The notes under the pieces were generated by a model. That model did no database searches. It was not told where the DNA came from and saw only the letters and a list, made by a program, of their open reading frames with translations. DNA of 61,996 nucleotides, the filler included, from Limisphaerales bacterium (GTDB lineage: Bacteria > Verrucomicrobiota > Verrucomicrobiia > Limisphaerales > SIBE01), in assembly GCA_044225505.1 (NCBI GenBank). It is 4 parts of 4 records of this genome, joined end to end, with 100 filler letters (N's around TTAATTAATTAA, not from the genome) between each part and the next. Parts side by side here need not be neighbours in the genome. Positions count along the whole stretch, not along the records: positions 27,727 to 56,559 come from JBGAIN010000109.1; positions 56,660 to 59,387 come from JBGAIN010000334.1; 2 more parts are not named here. One strand, written 5' to 3'. Within the stretch, counting starts at the first letter, position 1. The number at the start of each line of letters is the position of its first letter. Positions 47,202-56,919 of the stretch are shown here, piece by piece. A program made the translations under genes and the position numbers.

Positions 47202-48434
47202 ATGAAAACACGAATCGCCGCCTTGACTCTCGGCCTGCTGGCAATCGTTCTTTGGACCCTGTTTGCACCCACTGGGCGTATGGGCCAACCGGTGCATCCA
47301 TCTCGGATCCCGCCCCCGGTGACCGTCTTGCTCAAGGGGACAAACTTGACGGTCCGGGTGATCCCTGGAGTAGGCGGTGCTCTGATCGTGCTGTCGGATG
47401 GAACCCTTTGGAGATGGGGAGGCCAGAGCAGCTCTTTGCCCCGAGTCGTGGCGCCACAACAGGTGGGCACCGATGTCGGCTGGACGGACGGCTTTGTCGC
47501 AAACAATCACTGTGTTGGCGTGCGCGCCGATGGAACCCTTTGGGAATGGGGTTACTGCGGTGATCAAAAAGCGACGCGGTTGCCCGTGCAGGTGGGAGAG
47601 GATCGCGACTGGGCGGCCGTCGCGGCCGGAGACGTGCATGCCGTTGCACTTAAGCGGGACGGAACACTTTGGGGCTGGGGCGACAATTCCATGCAGCAAC
47701 TGGGTCACGGATGTGCCAGACGCGAGCCTGCTCCAGTCCAGTTAGACACCAGCACGAACTGGAAAGCGATCGCCTGCGGTCAAGGCTGGCACACACTCGG
47801 TCTGCGCGCCGATGGCACGTTGTGGGTCTGGGGCAAAATCTTCGGATTCGAAAACGGCGCGCCTGGAGCGTCCTTTCCCGTGCCGACCCAAATCTGTCGC
47901 GACACAAACTGGATAGGCCTGGTGGCTGGGCCGGTCGCCCATGCGCTCACTCTCACACCGTCCGGGGTATGGTCGCCCTTAAACAGCCCACCCAACGCAG
48001 CGCTAGATGCCGCGTCGGTCTGCCGGCTCATCAGTTCCAACTCAGTGCCAGGCCGTTCCGCCTCCGCCTTTTGTGGCCGGCCGGAAATCTACGAAGTCCG
48101 CCCGGAAGGCACACTCTGGGGCAGTATCTATCCGTTCGGACCGTGGGCGAAAGCCAGCCCCCGCTGGTTCCAAGTCGGTCAAAGATCGGATTGGATCAAC
48201 ATTTGGGGGTTCGGCTCAGCCATCGGGCAAACGGCGGACGGCACTCTCTGGCTGTGGGGTCAAGACGACGGACAGGAACCGGTTCTGGACTTCCAATCAA
48301 AATACAAGCTGCTGAAAGCTCGTGTTTGGGGATGGTTTGGCATTCCCACCGGCAATACCACGACAAGTGCGATCAGCCCTTACCAGAAAGAGCCGCGTCC
48401 TTTGATGCATCTCGTGCCAGAGAACCAGCGCTAG
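47202..48434 (+). CDS. RCC1/BLIP-II repeat beta-propeller protein
   Basis: Repeats 'H.(V/L)(A/G)L..DGTLW.WG'; N-terminal hydrophobic anchor from ATG 47202. Confidence 0.88.
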   Translation: MKTRIAALTLGLLAIVLWTLFAPTGRMGQPVHPSRIPPPVTVLLKGTNLTVRVIPGVGGALIVLSDGTLWRWGGQSSSLPRVVAPQQVGTDVGWTDGFVANNHCVGVRADGTLWEWGYCGDQKATRLPVQVGEDRDWAAVAAGDVHAVALKRDGTLWGWGDNSMQQLGHGCARREPAPVQLDTSTNWKAIACGQGWHTLGLRADGTLWVWGKIFGFENGAPGASFPVPTQICRDTNWIGLVAGPVAHALTLTPSGVWSPLNSPPNAALDAASVCRLISSNSVPGRSASAFCGRPEIYEVRPEGTLWGSIYPFGPWAKASPRWFQVGQRSDWINIWGFGSAIGQTADGTLWLWGQDDGQEPVLDFQSKYKLLKARVWGWFGIPTGNTTTSAISPYQKEPRPLMHLVPENQR

Positions 48435-48680
48435 AGCCTGCACCTTGCTCCATCCACATCGCGGTCGGACGAAAACGGTAGTGACTTCTGTTTCGGCACT
48501 ATGGTCTCCAGGCGGATACCGGATTCTCATTGCTGCGTCGACACAGGAGTTACGGCCGGTTTTGACTTGTCGGATGCATGGTCAGGAACTACGGTTCGCC
48601 TGACAATCGCGTTCAGACGCGTCACCAATGGGCTACTTGTGGACTCCGCGCACAGGTCATTTATTTCGGTCAAGTGGAAC

Positions 48681-51056
48681 GTGACTGCAACTCTGGGTTG
48701 GCTCGTAACACTATTTGCCTGGGGGGGATGCCTCGTGCGTGCGGCCGGAGCCCTTCCGAGTTTAGAGGTGATGCATGACGGCCGGAATATGGTGGTTCTG
48801 ACATGGTCACCAGGTGACACCTCGGAGACGGTGAATGATACGGTCGTTTGGTCCACACGGTCTCTAAAGTCTCCCATCGAGTGGAACGTTTTGCCATCGG
48901 ATATCCAACGCCAGGCTGGCCTCGCTTGGATAGAATTAATCGCTGACGAGGCCGGGCGGTTCTTTCGCCTTGGACCGACCGGTCCAACGACCGTCCAGAC
49001 ATCCCCAATAGCCAACGCGCGGGGTGTTTCTCCTCTCCGGGAAGCGGTGGTAAGTTTTTCCAGGCCACTGCAGGAAAATGCCCAACTCCTCCCGGGCCAG
49101 TTTACAGCCACAGTGGCCGGACGGCAGCTTTTGACACGGGCTGATTTGGCGATTCATCGGCAGAAAGTAACGCTCTTTTTCCTCGAGCCGATGCCTCCAA
49201 ACAGCCGTGTCCAAGTCCGATTGGATGGAGCTGGATTACGCGATGTTTGGGGACAAGAAATCGATGGGGATGGAGATGGGCAGCCCGGAGGAACCCTGTT
49301 GTTGGAATTCGAAACGGCGAATAGAGTAGCTGTCGACCAAACGGGGGTTACCGGGCGGGTCTTGGCGGCCGAGCTAATCCCTGACCCAACGGGCGCTGGC
49401 CAAGCGGTCAATCGGCCACTCCAGGGCGTCACGATCACTGTGGATGGCGGGGAAGAAACCTTGCGCACCACCACGGATGCGAATGGATACTTCACGCTGA
49501 TTCCAGCGCCTGCGGGTAGGATCTTCGTTCATATCGATGGTCGGACAGCGACGTCTAGCGTCTGGCCCAATGGCGCTTATTATCCTTTCGTGGGGAAGGC
49601 TTGGGAAGTTGTGGCCGGACGCACCAATAACCTGGCCGGTGGCACGGGCGAGATTTTTCTTCCGCAGATTGCCGCGGACGCGCTGCGGCCTGTCAGCACT
49701 AGCATACACACCCGCGTCGAACTGCCGGACGCAGTGCTTGCGGACCACCCGGACTTTGCCGGCACGGGCTTGACGTTTCCACCAAACTCAGTCTTTTCAG
49801 ATGACGGGACTCGCGGTGGCAGGGTGGGCTTAGCGCCAGTGCCGCCAGACCGCTTGCCAGGGCCGCTTCCCGAGGGGCTGTCCATGCCGTTGGTTATCAC
49901 CGTCCAGACCGATGGACCGGCGAATTTCGATCAGCCGATCCCAGTTTGTCTTCCCAATGTCGCAGACACTCTGGGCAATCCGTTGCCTCCCGGCGCGCAG
50001 GCGGCACTGATGTCGTTCAACCACGACGTCGGTGAATGGGAACGAGTCGGAAGTATGACCGTCTCCGAGGATGGCCGTCTGATCTGCAGTGATCCAGGCT
50101 CTGGGATCATTCAGCCTGGCTGGCATGGACGCCAGTTCCCTGACCCCGATCTCAACCCGGGCCGGCCTCCGCCTCCCGCTCCGAAGCTCCCAACCTCAGG
50201 GCCGCAATGCGGGCCGGGTGCGCCTGGAGCAGGCGGTGCGCCAAGCACTCTCGGGACGGTTCACGGGCCCGCCACGCTGCTTGCGGGCGACAGTCCTTGT
50301 CCTCCCTGTGGCGACTGTGGCAAACCAAAAACATTGTGTGATTGCCTCGACCGTTGTCGGCGCAACCAGGAGTTGGACGAGGCGCTGTGCCAACTTCGTT
50401 ACAACACTAGTCTGCTCGAGTGCCAGCGTCGGGCCCGGGATGAGGCGTTCGAGTGCCGTCGCCGAATTCCGCCCGCTCTCGCTGTCACCGATCCTGAGCT
50501 TTACGCGAGGATGGAAGAAGTCTGTGATGCCCTCGAACAGTCCCGGCTTAGGGAATGCGAAGGACAAGCTCTGTGGGACTATTCACACTGTTTGGAGGCG
50601 GCCCAAGAACGGGAGCGATTCTGCGAGTCTGACTACGCTGGGTGCGGAGGCCTGCCGCCCCTCTGTAACCCGGCAGCGGCTCCAGAGCAACTTGGCGCGC
50701 CGGCGTCTGCCGCATCGCTGGCCCGCTTGCAGCTCGCGACGCTGCCACCCGCAAGCGTTGCTGACCGCGTCCGTGAGGCGTTTGCGCAGATTGACGTGCT
50801 CATCGCTCCTTTCCTCCAGCGTGACGACCCCTTGCCCGACGTTGTGCTCGAAGAGGTCAGGGCATTACGGCAAAACGCCGCAGCTGAGGCTGGGGGAGAC
50901 CTAAGCACGTTCTTACTCAATCAGCGCCACGCTTTAGAACGTGACACCGTGGCGACGCATGGCACGTCCGGAGAATTCTTTGGTGATCAGCCTCCTATCC
51001 AATCCACATCGCCTATCGGTGGTGGAAACGGAAACGGTGTTCGCCTGCCCGATTGA
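48681..51056 (+). CDS. Giant surface protein, segment 1 (terminal beta-domain, Big/Ig-like, carboxypeptidase-regulatory-like domain, Cys-rich insert)
   Basis: Signal-like segment from GTG 48681 (ORF open from 48501); 'DGDGDGQPGG', 'TTTDANGYF', 'PGWHG'; frame appears lost near 50995. Confidence 0.7.
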   Translation: MTATLGWLVTLFAWGGCLVRAAGALPSLEVMHDGRNMVVLTWSPGDTSETVNDTVVWSTRSLKSPIEWNVLPSDIQRQAGLAWIELIADEAGRFFRLGPTGPTTVQTSPIANARGVSPLREAVVSFSRPLQENAQLLPGQFTATVAGRQLLTRADLAIHRQKVTLFFLEPMPPNSRVQVRLDGAGLRDVWGQEIDGDGDGQPGGTLLLEFETANRVAVDQTGVTGRVLAAELIPDPTGAGQAVNRPLQGVTITVDGGEETLRTTTDANGYFTLIPAPAGRIFVHIDGRTATSSVWPNGAYYPFVGKAWEVVAGRTNNLAGGTGEIFLPQIAADALRPVSTSIHTRVELPDAVLADHPDFAGTGLTFPPNSVFSDDGTRGGRVGLAPVPPDRLPGPLPEGLSMPLVITVQTDGPANFDQPIPVCLPNVADTLGNPLPPGAQAALMSFNHDVGEWERVGSMTVSEDGRLICSDPGSGIIQPGWHGRQFPDPDLNPGRPPPPAPKLPTSGPQCGPGAPGAGGAPSTLGTVHGPATLLAGDSPCPPCGDCGKPKTLCDCLDRCRRNQELDEALCQLRYNTSLLECQRRARDEAFECRRRIPPALAVTDPELYARMEEVCDALEQSRLRECEGQALWDYSHCLEAAQERERFCESDYAGCGGLPPLCNPAAAPEQLGAPASAASLARLQLATLPPASVADRVREAFAQIDVLIAPFLQRDDPLPDVVLEEVRALRQNAAAEAGGDLSTFLLNQRHALERDTVATHGTSGEFFGDQPPIQSTSPIGGGNGNGVRLPD

Positions 51057-51281
51057 CCGAACGACCACGCGAACCAACTGGGTGCGGGCTCTGACGGAGC
51101 CGTTGGCTCAGTACCGGCTGTTCCTGCCCCAGAGCCCCGCGCCGCCATTGACTCGCCCATTAGCCATGTCCGCAGGGCAGCATTTTAGCACAGTCCTCTG
51201 AATCCAGACTGGGTCGAATCTTGTTTCTCGACCCGCGGACGAAACGAATCGGCGAAGCATATCCGCGCCGGATCCCCGGGA

Positions 51282-52268
51282 GTGCCTTCAGGGATTTCGG
51301 GTGTCCGACTATACCCGTTCTCTGCGGTTGACCAGGACTCCGATCAGGATGGGCTGTCTGACCTGGCGGAGGAGATTCTGGGCACACACCCTTCCAATCC
51401 GGACAGTGACGGGGACGGGATTCGCGACGGAGCAGAGTTGGATCAGAATTCGAACCCATTGGATGCTCTGCCGGCGCGAGTCGGGATTATGTCGAGTACG
51501 CCGGTCACTGGAGTCGCGCAGGATGTCGCCGCCTTGAACGACCAGATTGTGGTAGCCACAGGCCAGGATGGTGTGGCCGTTTTTCGCGCGATCCCGGGAG
51601 AAACGCCCGTATTGATCGCGCAGGTGGACACGCCCGGAAGCGCTTCCGCCGTGGCGTGTGATCAACGTCTGGTGGCGGTAGCCGATGGCGACCGTGGAGT
51701 CGCGGTGATACAGGTGAAGGTTGATCCTCGAGATGGTCTGCCGGTGGGCGCAACGCAACTACATCAGGTGCCGCTCGTTGGAACGGTCACCTCGGTGACG
51801 GCCGCTGCAGGAGTCGCGTATGCGGGAACAGTCCAGGGCTCGCTCTATGTCATTGACCTGACGAGGGGCCAAGTCGAAGCGCGCCTGGTCTTGTCTCAGG
51901 CGATTCACGATTTAGCTGTAAGTCAGACCCGCCTGTTCTGTTTGTTGGCGAGGAGTTTGCAGGCCTATTCGTTACAAAATGGGGAGCTGCGTTTCTTAAC
52001 CGAAACGACCGCATCCACCTTTGATCCCGAGGGATTGACTCGCCGGAAGCGGCTGTTTGTCGGCGGTGGATACGCCTACGCGGCCGCCTATCCTGGCTAT
52101 GACACCGTGGATGTCCGTGAACCCACCCAGCTCCGATGGATCGGACGGGCCACGGATGGCGGGCCAAACTCGTTTAAGCAAATGGCCATCAACGGCACGG
52201 GGAATAGCGGCGGTAGGGATCAATCCTCGGGAACGATGGCACGCACGACCTTTGGGTCTACGACGTGA
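51282..52268 (+). CDS. Giant surface protein, segment 2 (TSP3-like repeats + LVIVD-type propeller)
   Basis: 'DSDQDGLSD..E..LGT.P...DSDGDG', 'VDTPGSA', 'VADGDRGVAVI'; no own signal peptide; frameshifts on both sides. Confidence 0.7.
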   Translation: MPSGISGVRLYPFSAVDQDSDQDGLSDLAEEILGTHPSNPDSDGDGIRDGAELDQNSNPLDALPARVGIMSSTPVTGVAQDVAALNDQIVVATGQDGVAVFRAIPGETPVLIAQVDTPGSASAVACDQRLVAVADGDRGVAVIQVKVDPRDGLPVGATQLHQVPLVGTVTSVTAAAGVAYAGTVQGSLYVIDLTRGQVEARLVLSQAIHDLAVSQTRLFCLLARSLQAYSLQNGELRFLTETTASTFDPEGLTRRKRLFVGGGYAYAAAYPGYDTVDVREPTQLRWIGRATDGGPNSFKQMAINGTGNSGGRDQSSGTMARTTFGSTT

Positions 52269-53716
52269 CCGAACCCTCATTGACCACGCGGGTTAAGAAC
52301 CAGATTGTCACGCCCGGCCTGGCCCGGGCGCTGGCCTTATATGGTGGACAGGCTTACGTGGCGGACAGCGAAGCGGGTTTGCACGTGGTGAACTACTTGC
52401 CGTTTGACACGGCGGGCGTTCCTCCTCGTGTCCAGCTCAGTGGCAGTTTCCCGCTGGAACCTGCCCAAGCGCAGAGTGGGTCGCTGGCGTCGGTTGAAGC
52501 GCAGGTCACCGATGACGTCCAGGTCCGTGAGGTCGAGTTCTACCTGGACGGCGCTTTAATCGTGCGGGATGGAAACTTTCCGTTTGAACACTCTTTCTAC
52601 GTTCCGACATTGAGCGAGAACCAGCGTGCCTTCAAGTTGCGGGCACGCGCCATCGACACGGGCGGCAATGCGGGCTGGTCCGATGAGATCACCGTTGCCC
52701 TCCTGCCGGATACGGTCCCACCTCGCCTCGTCCAGGTAACGCCGCCAGACCAGTCGCTGGCGTATTCCGTCACCGAACTGAGCGGACGATTTAGCGAACC
52801 CCTCGATCCCAATTCAATTGCCCAAGGACGGTTCATGGTGCTGGGGACGGGCCTCGACCAGGTTTTTGGCACGGACGACGATCACTCGTTCACGAACGGT
52901 CGTCTGGCCTATAATCCCACTCTGCAGACGGTTAGTTTGACCTTCGACCAGCCTTTGGGGCCAGGCTTGTATCAAGCGACGCTGGAAGGGGGGGTGACCG
53001 ATCTCAATCACAATCGCCTGGTGGCGGGGCAAACGTGGACCTTTCGTGTGCTCGAAGGGAAGGACTCCGACAACGACGGGCTTTCGGACGACGCCGAGTT
53101 GTCCTTAGGCCTGAATCCATCGGATCCTGACAGTGATCACAATGGAGTGCTGGACGGCGCGGAAGACCCAGACCGCGACGGCCTATCGAACGGCATTGAA
53201 ATGGCCTACGGCACGAATCCTAAATCAGCAGACTCCGATGCCAACGGCGTGTTGGATGGCGACGAAGATATCGATGGAGACCGTCTCCCGCTGCGATTGG
53301 AACACCGAGCGCTATCCAATCCCCAGCTTAGTGATACCGATGGCGACGGTTGGAATGATGAAGCTGAAGTGACGGCTGGTTCCCGGCCGATCGACCGGCG
53401 TTCTACGCCCCGTCCTTTTGTCTGCGAAAGTGTGATCGTCGACCTAATGCTTCCGTTGCCGTCGACCTGCTGCCCAGGCGCGATCCAGGGCAGCCCAATG
53501 CTGGATGTTTGGCTCGCGGCACCTGCATTTCACACGACCATTGTGGGCTCTCCGCTTTTGGACGTTGTCCTAAGAAATACCTCAGGTCCGAATGGGCAGA
53601 GAGTTTTTGTGATGGGAACTCCAGTGGTCGATGTCTTACCGGTTGGCCAAGCGTCAATTACGCTCCAGAGTGCAGATCAAAGCTCTGCGACCGGCTCGAG
53701 CTTACCTCAACCCTGA
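52265..53716 (+). CDS. Giant surface protein, segment 3 (LVIVD end, Big/Ig-like domains, TSP3-like repeats, C-terminal GSP..DV repeats)
   Basis: 'AYVADSEAGLHVVNY', 'VEFYLDG', 'DTVPPRL', several DxDxDG repeats; continues 'DGTHDLWVYDVTEP' from upstream in this frame. Confidence 0.72.
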   Translation: MTEPSLTTRVKNQIVTPGLARALALYGGQAYVADSEAGLHVVNYLPFDTAGVPPRVQLSGSFPLEPAQAQSGSLASVEAQVTDDVQVREVEFYLDGALIVRDGNFPFEHSFYVPTLSENQRAFKLRARAIDTGGNAGWSDEITVALLPDTVPPRLVQVTPPDQSLAYSVTELSGRFSEPLDPNSIAQGRFMVLGTGLDQVFGTDDDHSFTNGRLAYNPTLQTVSLTFDQPLGPGLYQATLEGGVTDLNHNRLVAGQTWTFRVLEGKDSDNDGLSDDAELSLGLNPSDPDSDHNGVLDGAEDPDRDGLSNGIEMAYGTNPKSADSDANGVLDGDEDIDGDRLPLRLEHRALSNPQLSDTDGDGWNDEAEVTAGSRPIDRRSTPRPFVCESVIVDLMLPLPSTCCPGAIQGSPMLDVWLAAPAFHTTIVGSPLLDVVLRNTSGPNGQRVFVMGTPVVDVLPVGQASITLQSADQSSATGSSLPQP

Positions 53717-53723
53717 AACATAT

Positions 53724-54866
53724 ATGCGCTCAAACTACGTGGCCCGTCTCGCTCTCTTACCCGTGTTGCTAGGGATCGGCCTGGCAAGCATCCGCGCGCA
53801 GGACCTGACTCCTTTTGTCTCTGGCAGCACAGGCGTGCTCGGCGATGTGGAGATCCTGGCTGACACGACCATTCCACTCCCGCCGGACGGAGTCCTCCAC
53901 TATCGGAAGTTAACCATCGGCACGAACATCACGGTTCGTTTCTTGCCAAATGCGGCGAATACACCCGTTTACCTCCTGGCAACGGGCGCCGTCCGTATCG
54001 ACGGCATCCTCCTGCTGAACGGTGAACCAGGCCAACCCAACGGCTTGGGTGGGGTTGCAGGTCCCGGCGGTTATGAAGGGGGCAACACGACTCCTAACCT
54101 CCAATCTGGGCGAGGTCCAGGCGCACCCAAAGCCGGGGTCCGAGGAGTGGCAAGCCACGCGACAGCGGGCGCGGCGGGCGCCGGCCCGATCTATGGCGAC
54201 CCTTTGCTGGTTAGCCTTGTGGGAGGATCTGGGGGAGCGGCAATTTCGGCTGACGGCGCGCTGCGGTCAGGCGGCGGTGGTGGTGGGGCTATTCTCATTG
54301 CATCCGATGTCTCGATCCGTTTGACCGGTCAGATTCAAGCCCGCGGCGCACGCGGTTGGGCTGGATTCGAGAATTCAGGGAGCGGCGGGGCCGTGCGCCT
54401 GGTCGCGCCATTAATCACCGGCACGGGGCGCATCTTGGCTGGCAATGAGGGGTCCGAGACCGCCGGTGCAGGGCGAGTCCGTGTGGACTGTCTCAATCGG
54501 TCCGGTTTTCTTTTCGACACGTCGGGCGGGGTTTACAGTGCCGGAGCGAACATGCTTTCCAGGCTGCCGATAACGCCGACGTTGCGCATTGTCCATGCCG
54601 CCGGCACAGATATTCCGGTGACAGCACAAGGAATTGTGCGCGTCGTCCTACCAAATGGCGCGTCCGCCAACCAGCCGATTCGCATTCAAGCACAAGGGTT
54701 TAATTCTCCCGTCCCGTTTCAAGTGACGCTCTATCCGGAATCTGGCAATCCCGTGCAGATCGATGACACCATTGACAACACGTCCGTTAATCCGGCGGTG
54801 AAGGAGATTCAGGCCGTGTTCTCGCCGAATGTTCCCACTCGCGTCATGGTCTGGACCAAACCTTGA
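53724..54866 (+). CDS. Secreted Gly-rich hypothetical protein, probably co-transcribed with the giant protein
   Basis: Signal peptide; 'GGSGGA', 'GGGGGGAILIAS', 'GSGGAVRLVAP'; starts 8 bp after the upstream stop. Confidence 0.75.
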   Translation: MRSNYVARLALLPVLLGIGLASIRAQDLTPFVSGSTGVLGDVEILADTTIPLPPDGVLHYRKLTIGTNITVRFLPNAANTPVYLLATGAVRIDGILLLNGEPGQPNGLGGVAGPGGYEGGNTTPNLQSGRGPGAPKAGVRGVASHATAGAAGAGPIYGDPLLVSLVGGSGGAAISADGALRSGGGGGGAILIASDVSIRLTGQIQARGARGWAGFENSGSGGAVRLVAPLITGTGRILAGNEGSETAGAGRVRVDCLNRSGFLFDTSGGVYSAGANMLSRLPITPTLRIVHAAGTDIPVTAQGIVRVVLPNGASANQPIRIQAQGFNSPVPFQVTLYPESGNPVQIDDTIDNTSVNPAVKEIQAVFSPNVPTRVMVWTKP

Positions 54867-54959
54867 GACCAGAGGCGGGGCTTCTCATCGCGAGGTAATT
54901 CTGTCATCGTTGGCCTCGATCGGACCGGTCGATACAAGTCACAACTTTCCTTTTTCGCT

Positions 54960-56522
54960 ATGCCGAGAGTCGTACAAAAGCCAGGGAGCAGCCACATCCC
55001 TCAAGATAGCGCGGTCAATCCATGGCCTCGTTGGTCCAGTATCAATCGGTCAACAACGAAGTCTTGTCGCTGCGTTGGCCTGCTTTGGCTCGGGCTACTT
55101 TTGATAGTAAATTGCGTCTCCGCCCAGGAAGAGAGTCGCATCACAGTTCAACCCCGGGACACGGGCGAGCCGTTGGTGAATCCCGGAATGGGTTGGACTC
55201 TCCATTTCTATTCCAACTATATCGAAAACTACGGCTCAAAGCTTGACCCTGCGGATACCCTGGACGATTGGCCTGGCCTCTCGACGATCTACTTGCGCGT
55301 GCCGTGGTCGTTTCTTGAACCGAACGAGGGCGAGTTCAACTGGGCGTTGCTCGACACACCCGCTCAACGTTGGATTCCCAAAGGGAAGAAGATTGCCATC
55401 CGGGTGAGTTGTTCTGAAAGCTGGTGGCGTTACGCCACGCCGAAATGGGTGCAGGACGCGGGCGCCAAAGGGATCGAGTTTGAATTTGGCAAGGGGCCCA
55501 AACCCGGTGGACCGCTCTGGGACCCGGATTACCTGGATCCAGTTTTCCTGGAAAAGCTCGACCACTTCCTGGCCGCGATGGCCCGTCGTTACGACGGTAA
55601 TCCCAATGTCGCCTTCATCGATGTCGGCACGTTCGGCATGTGGGGCGAGGGCCACACCGGCTTCAGCAGCCGGCTGAATGAGGAACAGACCCTGGCTGTG
55701 ACCAAGAAACACATCGACCTGCACGTGAAACATTTTAGCCGGTCCCTGCTTTGTATCAGCGACGACGTTGCTGGTCCCAGCAAACCCGGACGGCATTTCC
55801 CAGCCATGGACTATGCCCTCTCTAAAGGCGTCACGATGCGCGACGACAGTATCCTGGTCCAGGCGCCGCCGCATTCTTGGTATCACGCGGAAATGGCCCA
55901 GGAATTCTGGCCTAAGCTGCCCGTGATCCTCGAACACGAGCACTATGGCAGTTCCAAGGCTCGAAAGGCTTGGAGCGGCGAAAAGCTGCTCCAATCCGTG
56001 GAAGATTACCACGCGAGCTACATGTCCATCCACTGGTGGCCCCGCGAGGAACTTGAGGAAAACCGGGAAACGATCCGGCGCATCAACTTGCGCCTGGGCT
56101 ATCGAATCCAGCTCAAAGAGATCACTTGGCCGAAGGAAACGCCGTTGGGTGAGCCGTTCCTTGTGGAAACCGTCTGGGCCAATGCGGGCGTCGCACCCTG
56201 TCCTCAGGAAGCCTTTTGGGCTCTAACGCTGAAAGATGAAAAGGGCGGTGTTGTTTCGCTCCACACGGACGAGGCTTTCAATTTCCAGGAACTCAAAGTC
56301 GGACCTCCTGGGCAAGCTCCCGCGGAGAAGCGGCAGTCGCGGTTCACCGTGGCACTCCGGCATGTGGAGCCGATCGGAACTCATGCGCCTCCCACCAAGC
56401 CCGGTGTCTATGACCTATTTGTCTCCGTCGGCCAGCGCGATGGAACGCCGCGTTTGGCTTTGCCTTTGCCAGAATCAGACGGGCTCGCTCGCTACCGTGT
56501 TGGAAAGATGACACTGCGTTAG
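54960..56522 (+). CDS. DUF4832-containing putative glycoside hydrolase (GH42-like TIM barrel)
   Basis: 'LVNPGMGW', 'YLRVPWSFLEP.EGEFNW', 'FGMWGEGH', 'RLGYR', 'NAGVAP'. Confidence 0.8.
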   Translation: MPRVVQKPGSSHIPQDSAVNPWPRWSSINRSTTKSCRCVGLLWLGLLLIVNCVSAQEESRITVQPRDTGEPLVNPGMGWTLHFYSNYIENYGSKLDPADTLDDWPGLSTIYLRVPWSFLEPNEGEFNWALLDTPAQRWIPKGKKIAIRVSCSESWWRYATPKWVQDAGAKGIEFEFGKGPKPGGPLWDPDYLDPVFLEKLDHFLAAMARRYDGNPNVAFIDVGTFGMWGEGHTGFSSRLNEEQTLAVTKKHIDLHVKHFSRSLLCISDDVAGPSKPGRHFPAMDYALSKGVTMRDDSILVQAPPHSWYHAEMAQEFWPKLPVILEHEHYGSSKARKAWSGEKLLQSVEDYHASYMSIHWWPREELEENRETIRRINLRLGYRIQLKEITWPKETPLGEPFLVETVWANAGVAPCPQEAFWALTLKDEKGGVVSLHTDEAFNFQELKVGPPGQAPAEKRQSRFTVALRHVEPIGTHAPPTKPGVYDLFVSVGQRDGTPRLALPLPESDGLARYRVGKMTLR

Positions 56523-56559
56523 GCGTCGTCTGGCACCCACCGGGCTCGCTCTCGTCCCA

Positions 56560-56659
56560 NNNNNNNNNNNNNNNNNNNNNNNNNNNNNNNNNNNNNNNNN
56601 NNNTTAATTAATTAANNNNNNNNNNNNNNNNNNNNNNNNNNNNNNNNNNNNNNNNNNNN
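56560..56659. other. Assembly gap / artificial contig linker
   Basis: N44-TTAATTAATTAA-N44. Confidence 0.98.
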
Positions 56660-56850
56660 CTGACCGAGGAGCAACGAAGCCAGGACTCTTTTCCAGCGCA
56701 ACCCTTTGGGCGGCGGTTCTTTCGCGCGCCCGCCGCGTTCCTCGCTCGTTATCCCGACCTGTCAGGACGGGTCTGCGCCTCGCTCGCGCCTTGCGGGGGC
56801 GCAAAAACCCTCGCCGCGAAAGTGCAAGGACTTAGCGGTCACCACACTAG
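56660..56850. mobile_element. Second, gap-truncated copy of the MITE at 29009-29291
   Basis: Colinear with 29101-29291 with scattered substitutions; ends ...GGACTTAGCGGTCACCACACTAG. Confidence 0.92.
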
Positions 56851-56919
56851 GAACTTCCACTAAGTGCGTTTCCGAAGCGCCCTGATTGTATCGGGGCGCC
56901 AGATGAATAGTCTAGGGCT

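Noticed and set aside
50995..52240. Programmed frameshifting or phase variation in the giant protein gene
   Set aside because: Several scattered shifts without slippery heptamers or long simple repeats; the same pattern at 36.7-37.0 kb suggests sequencing error
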